Positions 19,292 through 29,067 of a stretch of 64,000 nt of DNA are shown one piece after another. Position 1 is the first letter of the stretch; every line of letters starts with the position of its first letter. The notes beneath the pieces are model-generated. The model saw only the letters and a list, made by a program, of their open reading frames with translations, made no database searches and had not been told where the DNA came from. This DNA is from an uncultured Fibrobacter sp. (lineage in GTDB: Bacteria; Fibrobacterota; Fibrobacteria; Fibrobacterales; Fibrobacteraceae), in assembly GCA_934700345.1 (NCBI GenBank), contig CAKUXP010000002.1, forward strand, positions 50,515-114,514. Direction: 5' to 3'. Made by a program: the position numbers and the translations under genes.

Positions 19292-20596
19292 ATGAAAACA
19301 GATAAACTCTTTTTGTCCAGTCTTTTGGTTGCGGCTTTTTTCGTCGCCTGCGGTGACGATGTGACGCGGGTAGTCTCTCCGTCCGGGATGGAAACGGTTT
19401 CGCTCGGGGAATGTTCAAGCGAGACTCTCGGAAAAATGCTCTATGTCGCCGAAAGGAAAAGCGCCTATGTTTGTGGCGATACCGGCTGGTTTCCGCTTGC
19501 TTCCCGCAGGGAAAAGCTCGCCTGTGATTTCGAAATCTTGGAGGATTCTTCGGGCTACCGGATGGTTTGCGACGGCGATTCCGTCGGCGTCATCTATCAT
19601 GGAAAGGACGGTGCGGATGGGACGCTTGGGGCAAATGGCGAGAACGGCTCTTTGGCAAGTTGCTCGATAATCGAAAAGGAGAACTGGATTTTTCTCCAGG
19701 TTTGCGGTTTGGATACGACTTTCCTTTACCAGGCGATTTGCGGGGGCGAGCCTTTTGACCCGAAGGCAAATTTTTGCTTTGAAGGCAAAATTTTCGAAAA
19801 ACCTGTTTTCGGGACTGTTACCGATTTGCGGGATTCCGAAGTCTATCGGACTGTTCGGATAGGAAAGCAGACTTGGATGGCGGAAGATTTGCGAAGGGAT
19901 ATTCCGGGTAGCGTTACAAATGATCCCAAAGCCTGTCTTACAACGGATACGAGTGCTTTTTGCACATATTGGAGGGGTAGGAAAAATGGACCTAGTGGTG
20001 TGGGTATGTGGATGTTTGATCGCGCCTTTGCGGATTCTGCCGCTGAATTGATTCTTAGTGCGGGACGCCTGTATGAAGCCGAAAGCCTTTCTGTCTCGGA
20101 CAAGGCCGGGCTGTGCCCTGCCGGATTCCATCTTCCGGACAGCAGCGAATGGAATGAATTGCTTGCTTTTGTAACGGCTCATAGCCAAGGTGTCGAGCCG
20201 CTGCTTGCGCTTTGGGCTAATTATGGTTGGGCGGGTTGTACTGAAGGCGGTTGGGGGTTTTTGACGCCAACAGGATCTGGTACTACTTCTGATGGGCAAA
20301 ACCGAGGGGTCAACGGCGTGGATTTGTTTGGCTTTTCGACTTTGCCTGTATGGACGCAGACGATAGATATTACTAGACAAAATTTAGACGCAGATTTTTC
20401 GGATATGTACGGAAATCTTTCTGCCTATATAACGGATGAAGGGTTGTTTACGATGCTAGCTGCTGATGGAGGCTTTCATTATCGTAACATCTTGGCGGGT
20501 GGTACTCCTTGTTTGACATGTACAGCGACGCGTGAAATTTCAGACCATTATGGAGTAGAAGTTTATAGAGGCTTTGTCCGTTGTGTGGGGGACTGA
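19292..20596 (+). CDS. FISUMP-like paralogous lipoprotein (third copy)
   Basis: Lipobox FFVACGDDVTRVV. GKD-GAD-GTL-GAN-GEN-GSL (6 GXY). VRIGKQTWMAEDLRR and CPAGFHLPDSSEWNELLAFV. Confidence 0.6.
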   Translation: MKTDKLFLSSLLVAAFFVACGDDVTRVVSPSGMETVSLGECSSETLGKMLYVAERKSAYVCGDTGWFPLASRREKLACDFEILEDSSGYRMVCDGDSVGVIYHGKDGADGTLGANGENGSLASCSIIEKENWIFLQVCGLDTTFLYQAICGGEPFDPKANFCFEGKIFEKPVFGTVTDLRDSEVYRTVRIGKQTWMAEDLRRDIPGSVTNDPKACLTTDTSAFCTYWRGRKNGPSGVGMWMFDRAFADSAAELILSAGRLYEAESLSVSDKAGLCPAGFHLPDSSEWNELLAFVTAHSQGVEPLLALWANYGWAGCTEGGWGFLTPTGSGTTSDGQNRGVNGVDLFGFSTLPVWTQTIDITRQNLDADFSDMYGNLSAYITDEGLFTMLAADGGFHYRNILAGGTPCLTCTATREISDHYGVEVYRGFVRCVGD

Positions 20597-20624
20597 ATAA
20601 GTTGGCCTACCCGGCCTGGGGCAA

Positions 20625-20670
20625 GGTAGGGGGACCTTTCCAAGTTGCGAAGGCCAAGGTCCCCCTTCCT
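20625..20670 (+). terminator. Strong GC-rich hairpin downstream of the third FISUMP gene (terminator-like, no T-run)
   Basis: aggtagggggacc-N20-ggtcccccttcct pairs at 12 of 13 positions with a G5/C5 core. Confidence 0.3.
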
Positions 20671-20947
20671 TGCAACCACCCCCAGGACCACGCTTATCAT
20701 CGAATGAGAAATTAGGAGTGAGGAATGAGGAGTTAGTCCGCGGACGTCTAAGTTTAGGGACTAGGGAACAGGGATTAGGGAATAGTCCGCGGACGTCTAA
20801 GTTTAGTGGACAGTGATTAGTGGGCAGAGACGCAGACGTCTAGGTTTTTGGGATGAAGGAGTAGGGATTAGTTTGCGGACGTCTAAGCTTTTGGGAAGCG
20901 GTACGAGGAACACGGGATTCAGAGCTTAGTTGAGAGTGCTTAGAATT
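20670..20947 (+). repeat. Direct repeat copy 1 (~278 bp) containing three GCGGACGTCTAAG / GCAGACGTCTAGG palindromic-core sub-motifs and an internal 50-bp sub-duplication
   Basis: ttgcaaccacccccaggaccacgcttatcatcgaatgagaaattaggagtgaggaatgaggagttagtccgcggacgtctaag ... cagagcttagttgagagtgcttagaatt is repeated at 21050-21295. Confidence 0.85.
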
Positions 20948-21049
20948 GGCGGTTAGATTCGGAACGAGAAATTTGAAGCGAACAGACTGTTATTAACAAC
21001 GGTCGATGATTAGCTAAGTTCTCTATACGAAGCTCTATGTTCCGATAAC

Positions 21050-21295
21050 TTGCAACAACCCCCAAGGCCACGCTTATCATCGAATGAGAAATTAGGAGTG
21101 AGGAATGAGGAGTTAGTCCGCGGACGTCTAAGTTTAGTGGACAGTGATTAGTGGGCAGTGAGCAGAGACGCAGACGTCTAGGTTTTTGGGATGAAGGAGT
21201 AGGGATTAGTTTGCGGACGTCTAAGCTTTTGGGAAGCGGTACGAGGAACACGGGATTCAGAGCTTAGTTGAGAGTGCTTAGAATTTAGAACAGCG
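21050..21295 (+). repeat. Direct repeat copy 2 (~246 bp), >90% identical to copy 1 apart from a 50-bp deletion and a 7-bp insertion
   Basis: Read directly from the sequence; the two copies lie 380 bp apart. Confidence 0.85.
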
Positions 21296-21610
21296 GGATT
21301 TAAATTGCTGAAAAACAGAATCTAGTCGTCTGCAAATTTCAGCACTAAGCTCTCAGCTCTGACAACGGCTCGCTCGACAGTCTAATCCCTAATCCCTTCT
21401 CCCTGTTCCCTAGCTGCTCGCTAGTCACTGATCACTGATTTCTAACTTCTGTCAACTACCAACTAAGCTCTAACCACTGATTCCTGACAACTTACAGTTC
21501 GCTAGACTGTCAATTCCTCATTGCTCATTGCTCATTGCTAATTCCTCCCTAATCCCTATTCCCTTCCCCCTAATCCTTGATAGCGGTTCGCTGAACAGCC
21601 CGCATCCTAA
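21296..21610 (+). repeat. Degenerate, mostly inverted units of the same repeat family (TTCGCT-A/C-GAC-A/T-GTC-T/A-AAT-T/C-CC...), low-complexity
   Basis: ctcgctcgacagtctaatccctaatccc, ttcgctagactgtcaattcctcattgctcattgctcattgc and ttcgctgaacagc resemble reverse complements of ggattaggg, gaggaatgagg and ttagtccgcggac from the forward copies. Confidence 0.4.
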
Positions 21611-21730
21611 AACAAACAGAGCAAAAATTATTACTTTCTATCGGCTTTTGTGGGCGGAAAGGCGCTTTTTCTGTATTTTGGAAAACGTTTTTTGCCCTGC
21701 ATGTATGATGACGTCCGGATTGAAACGAAA

Positions 21731-24700
21731 ATGAAAAGGCTTTTAGCCGTTTTTGCCCTGTTGGTGTCGCTGTCTCCTGCCGAGCCGGCGGATTCCGCTG
21801 TGTCCGAAAATGCGGTGAGTTCGGGCAAAAGTTCCGTCCAGTATATTCCGCTCCCGCCGAGCGTGACTCCTCTCTCGGATTTGGTCCCGAAGAGCGGTAT
21901 TGGCCAGAGCGACCGGCTGATGAATCCCCCGAAGAGCGAACGGTTCGAGCACAACATCGACTTTGAAAACCGCGAAATGGAAGTCTCCAAAAAGTATGTG
22001 AACCCGATAAGCCGCGATACGGCGGAAATGTGGTCTGCGACTTACCCCGAGATTGCCTCTTACGTTTCGGACATGTACGACATCGGATTCAACCGCCTGT
22101 GGCTGAACTCCTTTGCCGGTCAAAAGGACGGTGGCTATGCCGCCCCGGAAGGCGCAACGCTCTACGACATTGACATTCCCATCAACATGCCCTCGTGGAT
22201 GAAGGACTTTGGATTAGACAAGCCGAAGCTCATGCTGCAAGGGACGATGGATATCCGGCTTTCGGGCCGTGGAGAAAAGGACGATGCTCCGGGCAGCACC
22301 AAGGACAACCTGTTCCCTAGCCCGACACTTTCCTATGACCCGAGCTTTATGGTCAAGGGAAAAATCGGTCCGTATATCACCGTGGAAGTGAACAACGTGG
22401 AAAGCGGTCTCGGTGCGAAAAACCAGATTCGGGTCGTGTACGAGGAATCCTACAAGGATGAATTCGAGGATTACATCTTGCAGCGCATCGAGGCCGGTAC
22501 GACGTCGCTTGCGCTTCCCGGAACGGAACTCACGGGATATTCCGAAAATCACAAGGGACTGTTCGGCATCAAGGCCGAATGGAAGCTCGGAGACTGGTGG
22601 CTTACGACTATCGCTTCGCAGGACGGAGGAAGCCAGGAAAAGTACACGATCAACGCGAGCACAAGCACGACGGAATTCCAGATCCAGGACAAGCAGTTCG
22701 TCGCTTACCGCTACTACTTTTTAAATCAGGAAGCGCGTAGCAATTATGTCAGCGCGGGACTTGCCGGACGCAGCACGTCTCCGTATGCGGCGACGAACCT
22801 GAAGCTTTACCGCCGTGCACCGACCAACACGACGACGAATGTCGTGGAAAATATCACGGCGGTCTATGTGACGCCTTCGGGCGCGCGCGTCGAAAAGAAA
22901 ATCGACCGCCTGGTCCCGATGTCGGCAAACGACTATTCCTATGACAGCAAAACGGGCATCGTGAAAGTTCTCGGGGCGAACAAGAATACGCTTATCGCGG
23001 CGAGCTTCTCGGACGATGGGACGGGACGCTCCGGGACTACCGTGAACAACAATTCGAGGGTAGTCCTTATCCAGTGGGACGCGACGCTTTCGGAACTCGA
23101 AGGCATCGACAAGCTGATGCTTCGGAACGTCTATTCGGTCGGAATTTCGGACGAGAGTGCTTCGAGCTTCGTGCTCCGCTTAAAGAACAAGTCGGGCGTT
23201 TCGAGTTCCTACCTGAAGACTCTCGGACTGGTCGATTCGACGACGGGAACCGTTCTGACCGGCGACGCGACGATTTTTAAAAAGGACGCTTCGGGAACTT
23301 ACACGGGCGAAATGTGGTTGCCCTGCCGCCCGCTTTCGTGGTATTCCGGTGCGAATTCTTCGGCTCGAGCGCGGGAAAACTGCCTGGAGCCTTTCCGCAA
23401 CGTGGACTCTTCCGCGGCGATGGCGAATCTTTACTCGCTTCCCGTTTCGAACATCGCGTCTAAGTACACGAGCCGCTTCTACTTTGAAAGTGTCGGCAAG
23501 AGGCGCAACTCGGTCATCAGCGTGCGCGATCCGAATTCGAGCTATTCCGTCAGCGCTGGCAGCTGCATGGATATTTCGGAAGGCTCGGAAAAGTTGAAGG
23601 CCGGCTCGACGGTTCTCACCCGCGGCGTGGATTACGATGTGAACTACGAACTCGGGCAAATCGAACTTTTGAGCGAGACCGCTCTCGATCCGAACAAGGA
23701 AATCTCGGTGGAATTCGAGTGCGAACCCCTGTTCGAAATCGACAACAAGGTGCTGCTCGGCGCTCGCGCGGAACTTCCCCTTTCGCGGTATGGATTTGGA
23801 AACGGGTCGCTCTTCGGCATTACGGCTCTCTACAAGAGCCAGAGCACGACCGCTTCGACGCCGACGCTCGGGAGCGAACCTTATTCGAGCTTTCTCTGGG
23901 GCATGAACCTGCGCCTGCAGGATACGACGAAGTGGATGACGGATGTGGTGAACTGGATTCCCGGAATCGAAACGAAGGCCGCTTCGAACTGGCGCTTCGA
24001 AACGGAATTTGCGAGCAGCTATCACGATGCGAATACGAGCAGCGGCAAGACTGCGCTTCTCGAAGATTTTGAAAGCAGCGAATCGGGGCTTGTCTATCCG
24101 CTGTCTAGACTTTCCTGGTACCAGGCCTCGCCTCCGGGGGGCGTCGATACGGATCCGAGCACCTACATCGAAAGCCAGGATTACAAGCACAAGGGCGAAT
24201 TCATCTGGCACAGCAACAACACGGTTCTCTACAAGCACATCTACCCGACTGTAGGAAACAGCGATGTCGATAACCAGCGTTTAACGGTCCTGAAGCTCAC
24301 GCTCCGCCCGAACGACAACCTGATGGGGAACAGCTGGGGCGGTATCATGCGCCCGAATTCAAGTTATTACCAGGACCTGAGTGACATGAAGTATATCGAA
24401 GTCGTCGCGCGGGGAAATGTCGGAAGCATCTATTTGGATTTGGGGCTTGTGAGCGAAGACCTTTCCATCAACGGCGATGCGCCGAACGGGCAATATGACG
24501 GCGAAAACGATCTGGGAACGACGACGGCTTTGCACGATAAGGGTCTCGACGGACTTTCCGGGTCGGAAGAACATCTGACCGTCTGGGACTGCCGCATGAA
24601 CGGCTGCGTGAGCACCATCAAGACGAGTGCGAATTCCGATGCGACGAATACGGACATTGCGCGTGACAACTTCGACGACAGCCTCGACGATGCCAGCGAT

Positions 24701-27700
24701 CCGCCGGTAGCCATCAACGGGACGGAAGGCAACTCGGGCGAACGCGCTTATGATACGGAAGATATCAACAGGAACGGCTCACTCGACACGGACATCGGGT
24801 TTGTCCGCTACCGGATAGACCTTTCCGACAACGATGACGCCCATTTTGAAACGCTCAAGAACGGCTGGCGCAAATGGAAAATTCCGCTCGACCAGTTTGA
24901 CACGGTCGTTTCCAAAAACGGCGAAAGTTACCAGACGATTCTGGCCCAGGCGCAGTTTTCGAGGCTTTGGATGGGAAAGCTCAATAACGGCGTTGCCGAG
25001 GCGAAGGTGCAGATAGTGAAGCTTGGCGTGATGGGAAATTCCTGGGAAGCTTCAAACGTTTCGAGCAAGTTCGTCACCTCTTCGACGGGCGGTTCGCAGA
25101 CGGCAATCGTTGACGGCAGCGAAGTGGATATTTCGGGTTCGACGACGACATCCGACACGACCTACCTGAACGTTTCGACGATCAACAACCGCGAAAATTC
25201 GGGGACGTATTACAAAAGCCCGAACACCAAGACGGAACGCGACTCGGAGACGAACGCCGCGCTGAAGGAAACGGCCCTTGTCCTGACATATAAGAACCTT
25301 TCGCCGGGACAGTCGGTCGGTGCAACGCGGACTTTCGATTCGGACGAAAAGGACTTGACGAAGTACAAGACGCTCAAGATGGAAATCCACTATACGACCG
25401 ATGCGACGCGGACTCCGGTGCGATTCGCTTTCCAGTTCGGGGAAGGATCGCTGGAAGGTTCGACGGATTATTACGAGTGGAGCTTTAGGCCCGTGAAGAT
25501 CAACTGCTCGGCAGCGGAGCGGGCTGCGGATTGTCACGAACGGAACTGGCTCGCAAACGCGTTCTCCGAAAAGCTCTCCGCGTTTTCCGACCTGAAGAAG
25601 GGGCGCCGTCCACCGTTCCTCGAAGCGGTCGTCGATTCTATCGGCGGCGAAAGGGAAGAAGTCTTGAAGCTTGTCGGAAACCCTTCGACGACTTCGGTGG
25701 ACTGGATTCGCTTTGTGATTATCGCGGACGAGGACGCTTCGCCTGCGGATCTCGAAGGCGAATTCTGGATTGACGATTTGCGGCTTTCGGGAATGGATAA
25801 CGACTGGGGCTATGCATTCCGCACTTCGGGCCAGGCGAACTTTGCGGATTTCCTTTCGGTTTCCGCATCGGCGCGTTACCAGGACGGAAACTTTGCGACG
25901 CTTTCGACAAGCGGATCGTCGCCCAAGCCGACGCTTTCCGAAGCGGAATCCAAGCTGGACATCGCCGCGGATGCGAGCGTGAACTGGAACAAGTTCTTTG
26001 CCGACGAACAGGGATTCCACATGCCGATGAGCATCGGCTACAGCAGCACGACGGAGCGTCCCTACCTGAAGCCGACGGACGATTTGGAACTTTCGCATGA
26101 TAACCTGGGCGATTTTGCAAAGGATGTTTGGGACGGCAAGTTGACCGTTGAAAACGCCGACGAGGAACAGAAGATTCGCGACGACGCGGAGTCTCGCGGA
26201 TACCAGTCGTTCAGCCGTACGCGCCGCTTCAGCTTTAGTTACAGCAAGGATTACAAGGAAGAATCAAGCCCTGTCAAGGAAGTCCTTTCGCAGATTTTCC
26301 TGGAGCGTCCGGCGTGGAGCTACAGCTATACGGAGACCGAGTCCCGATCGACGACATCCGCGGATTCCTCCTATTCGTATCACACGATCATCGAATACAG
26401 CCTCGGAACCTTTAACCGATTCAACTACAAGCCTTTTAGCTTCTTGAAAAATTCGTCATGGGCGAAGAGCTTTTCCGATGCGTCGTTTGAACCGTGGCCG
26501 CAGACGATAGACCTCACCCTTTTCGACCTGAGCTATATCCGCTATGTGAACCAGGAGCGCGACCCGGACTTTACGGAACCGCAGACGGCAAAGACCGTCA
26601 CTTACACGGTGGATCTTTCGCACAAGGCAAATCTTCGTTGGAATATCTTCCCCTTTCTTTCGACAAGCTACAGCCTGAACATCTCTCGCGACATGTACGG
26701 TGGCGGTGACCAGGAAGATTTTGCAAAAGAGAATTTCTGGACGTTCAAGAACGGCGGATTGTTTGCCGCGGACGATATCTTCGACTTTGACCATACGGAC
26801 AGGAAAGTCTATGTCTCGCCGGACAGCGTCGTCATCATACCCTACGATACGGTCGCCGTGGTGAATGCAAAAGGCGATACAGCTTTAATCGACATGGACG
26901 ATCCGAGTACCTACCGGATTTTATACGACAGCACGGTCTATTACAAGGTTGATAGCGTCGGGCATCGCGAATACGGACGCGCTTACGGTATTCTCAAGAA
27001 TGAACGTAGCCGCAGCCAGCAGTTCAAGACGACGTTTAGTCCCGCAGTGATCCCCTTCCTTCCGATGTCATTCTCGTTTACGTCTTCGTTCCGGCAGCAA
27101 AAGACGATTCCCGACGAGTATGACCTGTACGATCCGACGATGATCGAGAAGAACTACTGGACGATTTCCCAGACGAACCGCTTCGAGTTTACGCCGTCTT
27201 TCCGCATTGTAAATTTCTTGAAACTTTTTGGCGACAAGAACGCGGCTGCGGGATTCTTCGAAAAGCTCAAGTGGCGTGACGTGAAGGCTGCGTGGACGGT
27301 CGATATCTCCACGGTGGGCGAGAACTTCACCCTGTCGCAACTCTATGAAGAACAGGGCGTGACACCGTTCCAGTATTACCTTTACGGCCTAGGCATCGGA
27401 AACGGCTACCGGAACCGCGGAATTTGGAACATCGTTTCGGGCGACATGGGACTTGACCATCGGAACGATTACACGCGTTTTGCGCAATACCGGAACGGAC
27501 ATGTCGATACGCTCGTTTACCAGGGGAACTTCACCCATTCGGTAAACCGGACGCTTAACCTCTCGACAGGATTCACGCTTCCGTTCTGGAATATAGGCAT
27601 TGTAACGGATATGCAGTGGAAACAGGACTTTAGCCAGTCGCGCGAATATCCGCTCTATACGGATTCGACGATTGTCTGGCCGAAGTGGGGCGTCGGCGTA

Positions 27701-28507
27701 ACCGTACCGAATTTCTCGCAGCGCGTCGGATTTTTGAACTCTTTCCGCAGTGTAAGCACGACGCATCGGGTCGATTATACGCATACGCGGGTTTCTAGGC
27801 CTTTCCAGAGCGCGGAAGACAGTTGGACAACGACATGGAATTTCAATCCGCTGATCCGCATCAGCTTTCTCACCCAGCAGAACATCCGTATCGAGGACAA
27901 TACCTATCTCAAACTGGAATTTACCGATCGGCGTCCCAAGCAGGAAGTCATCTCGCAGACGAACTGGCCGTCGAATGTCGAGGACCTTTCGGATACGACA
28001 AAGTATTTCTACACGCCTTGGATGCCGACCGCGCTTTACAAGGATTTCGGCTACAATGTCGGAAACGACTTGACGATTTCCTACCCGCTCAAGACGAAGC
28101 GCGGATTCCAGTTCTGGAAATGGTACTTCAAACTGAAAAACGATATCGATCTTCGCCTTACCGCCGGCTATGAATACACGAAGACGATTCGGGAATCCTA
28201 CGAGCCGGTTTCCGGCTACAACATGAACGAGAAAAACGAGGCGGCGGGCGATGTCTATCGGCGTTGGAACATCAACGGCAGTGATTACACGGTCTATTTT
28301 CCGAAGCTCGAAAAAACGGAGCGGACAGTTCCTTCGCGGGTTCACGAATGGTTTGTCCGCCCGAGCGCCGGTTACCAGTTCAACAAGATGGCGAGCATGA
28401 GCGCCTATATCGAATACCGTCAAATTCACGAAAAGCTCGACGACGAAACCGCTCACACGGAGCAGATCCTTTCGTTTGAAATCGCGCTTCTCCTGAGATT
28501 CAACTAG
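21731..28507 (+). CDS. Giant (~2260 aa) secreted outer-membrane protein, SprA/Sov-like (candidate type IX secretion translocon)
   Basis: Signal peptide MKRLLAVFALLVSLSPAEP at ATG 21731. The in-frame track ORF starts at 21650 (GTG). Size, abundant alternating aromatic and polar beta-strand-like segments, and S/T-rich loops are consistent with the SprA family (TIGR04189-like). The assignment is by size and composition, not by a named motif. Confidence 0.45.
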   Translation: MKRLLAVFALLVSLSPAEPADSAVSENAVSSGKSSVQYIPLPPSVTPLSDLVPKSGIGQSDRLMNPPKSERFEHNIDFENREMEVSKKYVNPISRDTAEMWSATYPEIASYVSDMYDIGFNRLWLNSFAGQKDGGYAAPEGATLYDIDIPINMPSWMKDFGLDKPKLMLQGTMDIRLSGRGEKDDAPGSTKDNLFPSPTLSYDPSFMVKGKIGPYITVEVNNVESGLGAKNQIRVVYEESYKDEFEDYILQRIEAGTTSLALPGTELTGYSENHKGLFGIKAEWKLGDWWLTTIASQDGGSQEKYTINASTSTTEFQIQDKQFVAYRYYFLNQEARSNYVSAGLAGRSTSPYAATNLKLYRRAPTNTTTNVVENITAVYVTPSGARVEKKIDRLVPMSANDYSYDSKTGIVKVLGANKNTLIAASFSDDGTGRSGTTVNNNSRVVLIQWDATLSELEGIDKLMLRNVYSVGISDESASSFVLRLKNKSGVSSSYLKTLGLVDSTTGTVLTGDATIFKKDASGTYTGEMWLPCRPLSWYSGANSSARARENCLEPFRNVDSSAAMANLYSLPVSNIASKYTSRFYFESVGKRRNSVISVRDPNSSYSVSAGSCMDISEGSEKLKAGSTVLTRGVDYDVNYELGQIELLSETALDPNKEISVEFECEPLFEIDNKVLLGARAELPLSRYGFGNGSLFGITALYKSQSTTASTPTLGSEPYSSFLWGMNLRLQDTTKWMTDVVNWIPGIETKAASNWRFETEFASSYHDANTSSGKTALLEDFESSESGLVYPLSRLSWYQASPPGGVDTDPSTYIESQDYKHKGEFIWHSNNTVLYKHIYPTVGNSDVDNQRLTVLKLTLRPNDNLMGNSWGGIMRPNSSYYQDLSDMKYIEVVARGNVGSIYLDLGLVSEDLSINGDAPNGQYDGENDLGTTTALHDKGLDGLSGSEEHLTVWDCRMNGCVSTIKTSANSDATNTDIARDNFDDSLDDASDPPVAINGTEGNSGERAYDTEDINRNGSLDTDIGFVRYRIDLSDNDDAHFETLKNGWRKWKIPLDQFDTVVSKNGESYQTILAQAQFSRLWMGKLNNGVAEAKVQIVKLGVMGNSWEASNVSSKFVTSSTGGSQTAIVDGSEVDISGSTTTSDTTYLNVSTINNRENSGTYYKSPNTKTERDSETNAALKETALVLTYKNLSPGQSVGATRTFDSDEKDLTKYKTLKMEIHYTTDATRTPVRFAFQFGEGSLEGSTDYYEWSFRPVKINCSAAERAADCHERNWLANAFSEKLSAFSDLKKGRRPPFLEAVVDSIGGEREEVLKLVGNPSTTSVDWIRFVIIADEDASPADLEGEFWIDDLRLSGMDNDWGYAFRTSGQANFADFLSVSASARYQDGNFATLSTSGSSPKPTLSEAESKLDIAADASVNWNKFFADEQGFHMPMSIGYSSTTERPYLKPTDDLELSHDNLGDFAKDVWDGKLTVENADEEQKIRDDAESRGYQSFSRTRRFSFSYSKDYKEESSPVKEVLSQIFLERPAWSYSYTETESRSTTSADSSYSYHTIIEYSLGTFNRFNYKPFSFLKNSSWAKSFSDASFEPWPQTIDLTLFDLSYIRYVNQERDPDFTEPQTAKTVTYTVDLSHKANLRWNIFPFLSTSYSLNISRDMYGGGDQEDFAKENFWTFKNGGLFAADDIFDFDHTDRKVYVSPDSVVIIPYDTVAVVNAKGDTALIDMDDPSTYRILYDSTVYYKVDSVGHREYGRAYGILKNERSRSQQFKTTFSPAVIPFLPMSFSFTSSFRQQKTIPDEYDLYDPTMIEKNYWTISQTNRFEFTPSFRIVNFLKLFGDKNAAAGFFEKLKWRDVKAAWTVDISTVGENFTLSQLYEEQGVTPFQYYLYGLGIGNGYRNRGIWNIVSGDMGLDHRNDYTRFAQYRNGHVDTLVYQGNFTHSVNRTLNLSTGFTLPFWNIGIVTDMQWKQDFSQSREYPLYTDSTIVWPKWGVGVTVPNFSQRVGFLNSFRSVSTTHRVDYTHTRVSRPFQSAEDSWTTTWNFNPLIRISFLTQQNIRIEDNTYLKLEFTDRRPKQEVISQTNWPSNVEDLSDTTKYFYTPWMPTALYKDFGYNVGNDLTISYPLKTKRGFQFWKWYFKLKNDIDLRLTAGYEYTKTIRESYEPVSGYNMNEKNEAAGDVYRRWNINGSDYTVYFPKLEKTERTVPSRVHEWFVRPSAGYQFNKMASMSAYIEYRQIHEKLDDETAHTEQILSFEIALLLRFN

Positions 28508-28509
28508 TA

Positions 28510-29067
28510 ATGAAACGGCAAAATTTATACCTGGATTCCTTTCTGACTTTTTTTAAAATCGGGCTGTTTACGCTCGGCGGCGGCTACGCCATGATTCCGC
28601 TGATCGAAGCGGAAATCATCGAAAAGAAACGGTGGATTGCCAAGGAAGATTTTTTGGATCTCTTGGCGATTGCGCAGAGCTGTCCCGGAATCTTTGCGGT
28701 GAACATCAGCATTTTCATCGGGTATCGGCTGAATCGCGTGAAAGGCGCGGTTGTAACGGCTCTCGGGACGGCTCTGCCGTCTTTTCTCATCATCCTTCTG
28801 GTTGCGCTTTTCTTTCACCAGTTTGAGGACAATGCAGCGGTCGCGGCGATGTTTCGCGGAATTCGTCCGGCGGTCGTCGCCCTGATTGCTGTCCCGACGT
28901 TTAACCTGGGAAAGAAGGCGAAGCTCAACCGCTTTACGATTTGGATTCCGATTGTAAGCGCTCTTTTAATCTGGCTTCTGGGTGTCTCGCCTATCTTGAT
29001 TATTTTGTGTGCAGGAATCGGCGGCTTCTTTTTCGGCAAGTTTACTCGGAAGGAGAATCAAAGGTGA
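28510..29067 (+). CDS. Chromate transporter (CHR) family, short-chain N-terminal-half homolog
   Basis: FLTFFKIGLFTLGGGYAMIPLIE is the conserved CHR motif. 185 aa, hydrophobic. ATG lies 2 nt after the stop of the SprA-like gene. Confidence 0.75.
   Translation: MKRQNLYLDSFLTFFKIGLFTLGGGYAMIPLIEAEIIEKKRWIAKEDFLDLLAIAQSCPGIFAVNISIFIGYRLNRVKGAVVTALGTALPSFLIILLVALFFHQFEDNAAVAAMFRGIRPAVVALIAVPTFNLGKKAKLNRFTIWIPIVSALLIWLLGVSPILIILCAGIGGFFFGKFTRKENQR

Noticed and set aside
20597-21650. Repeat region considered as a CRISPR array
   Set aside because: The repeats are long (~250 bp) with irregular sub-motifs and no short regularly spaced repeat/spacer periodicity. No cas genes are nearby.
23180-28456. 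Several 350-aa antisense ORFs (23180..24238, 25052..26098, 27389..28456) inside the SprA-like gene
   Set aside because: All lie within one long, signal-peptide-bearing sense ORF. Their composition is R-rich and repetitive.
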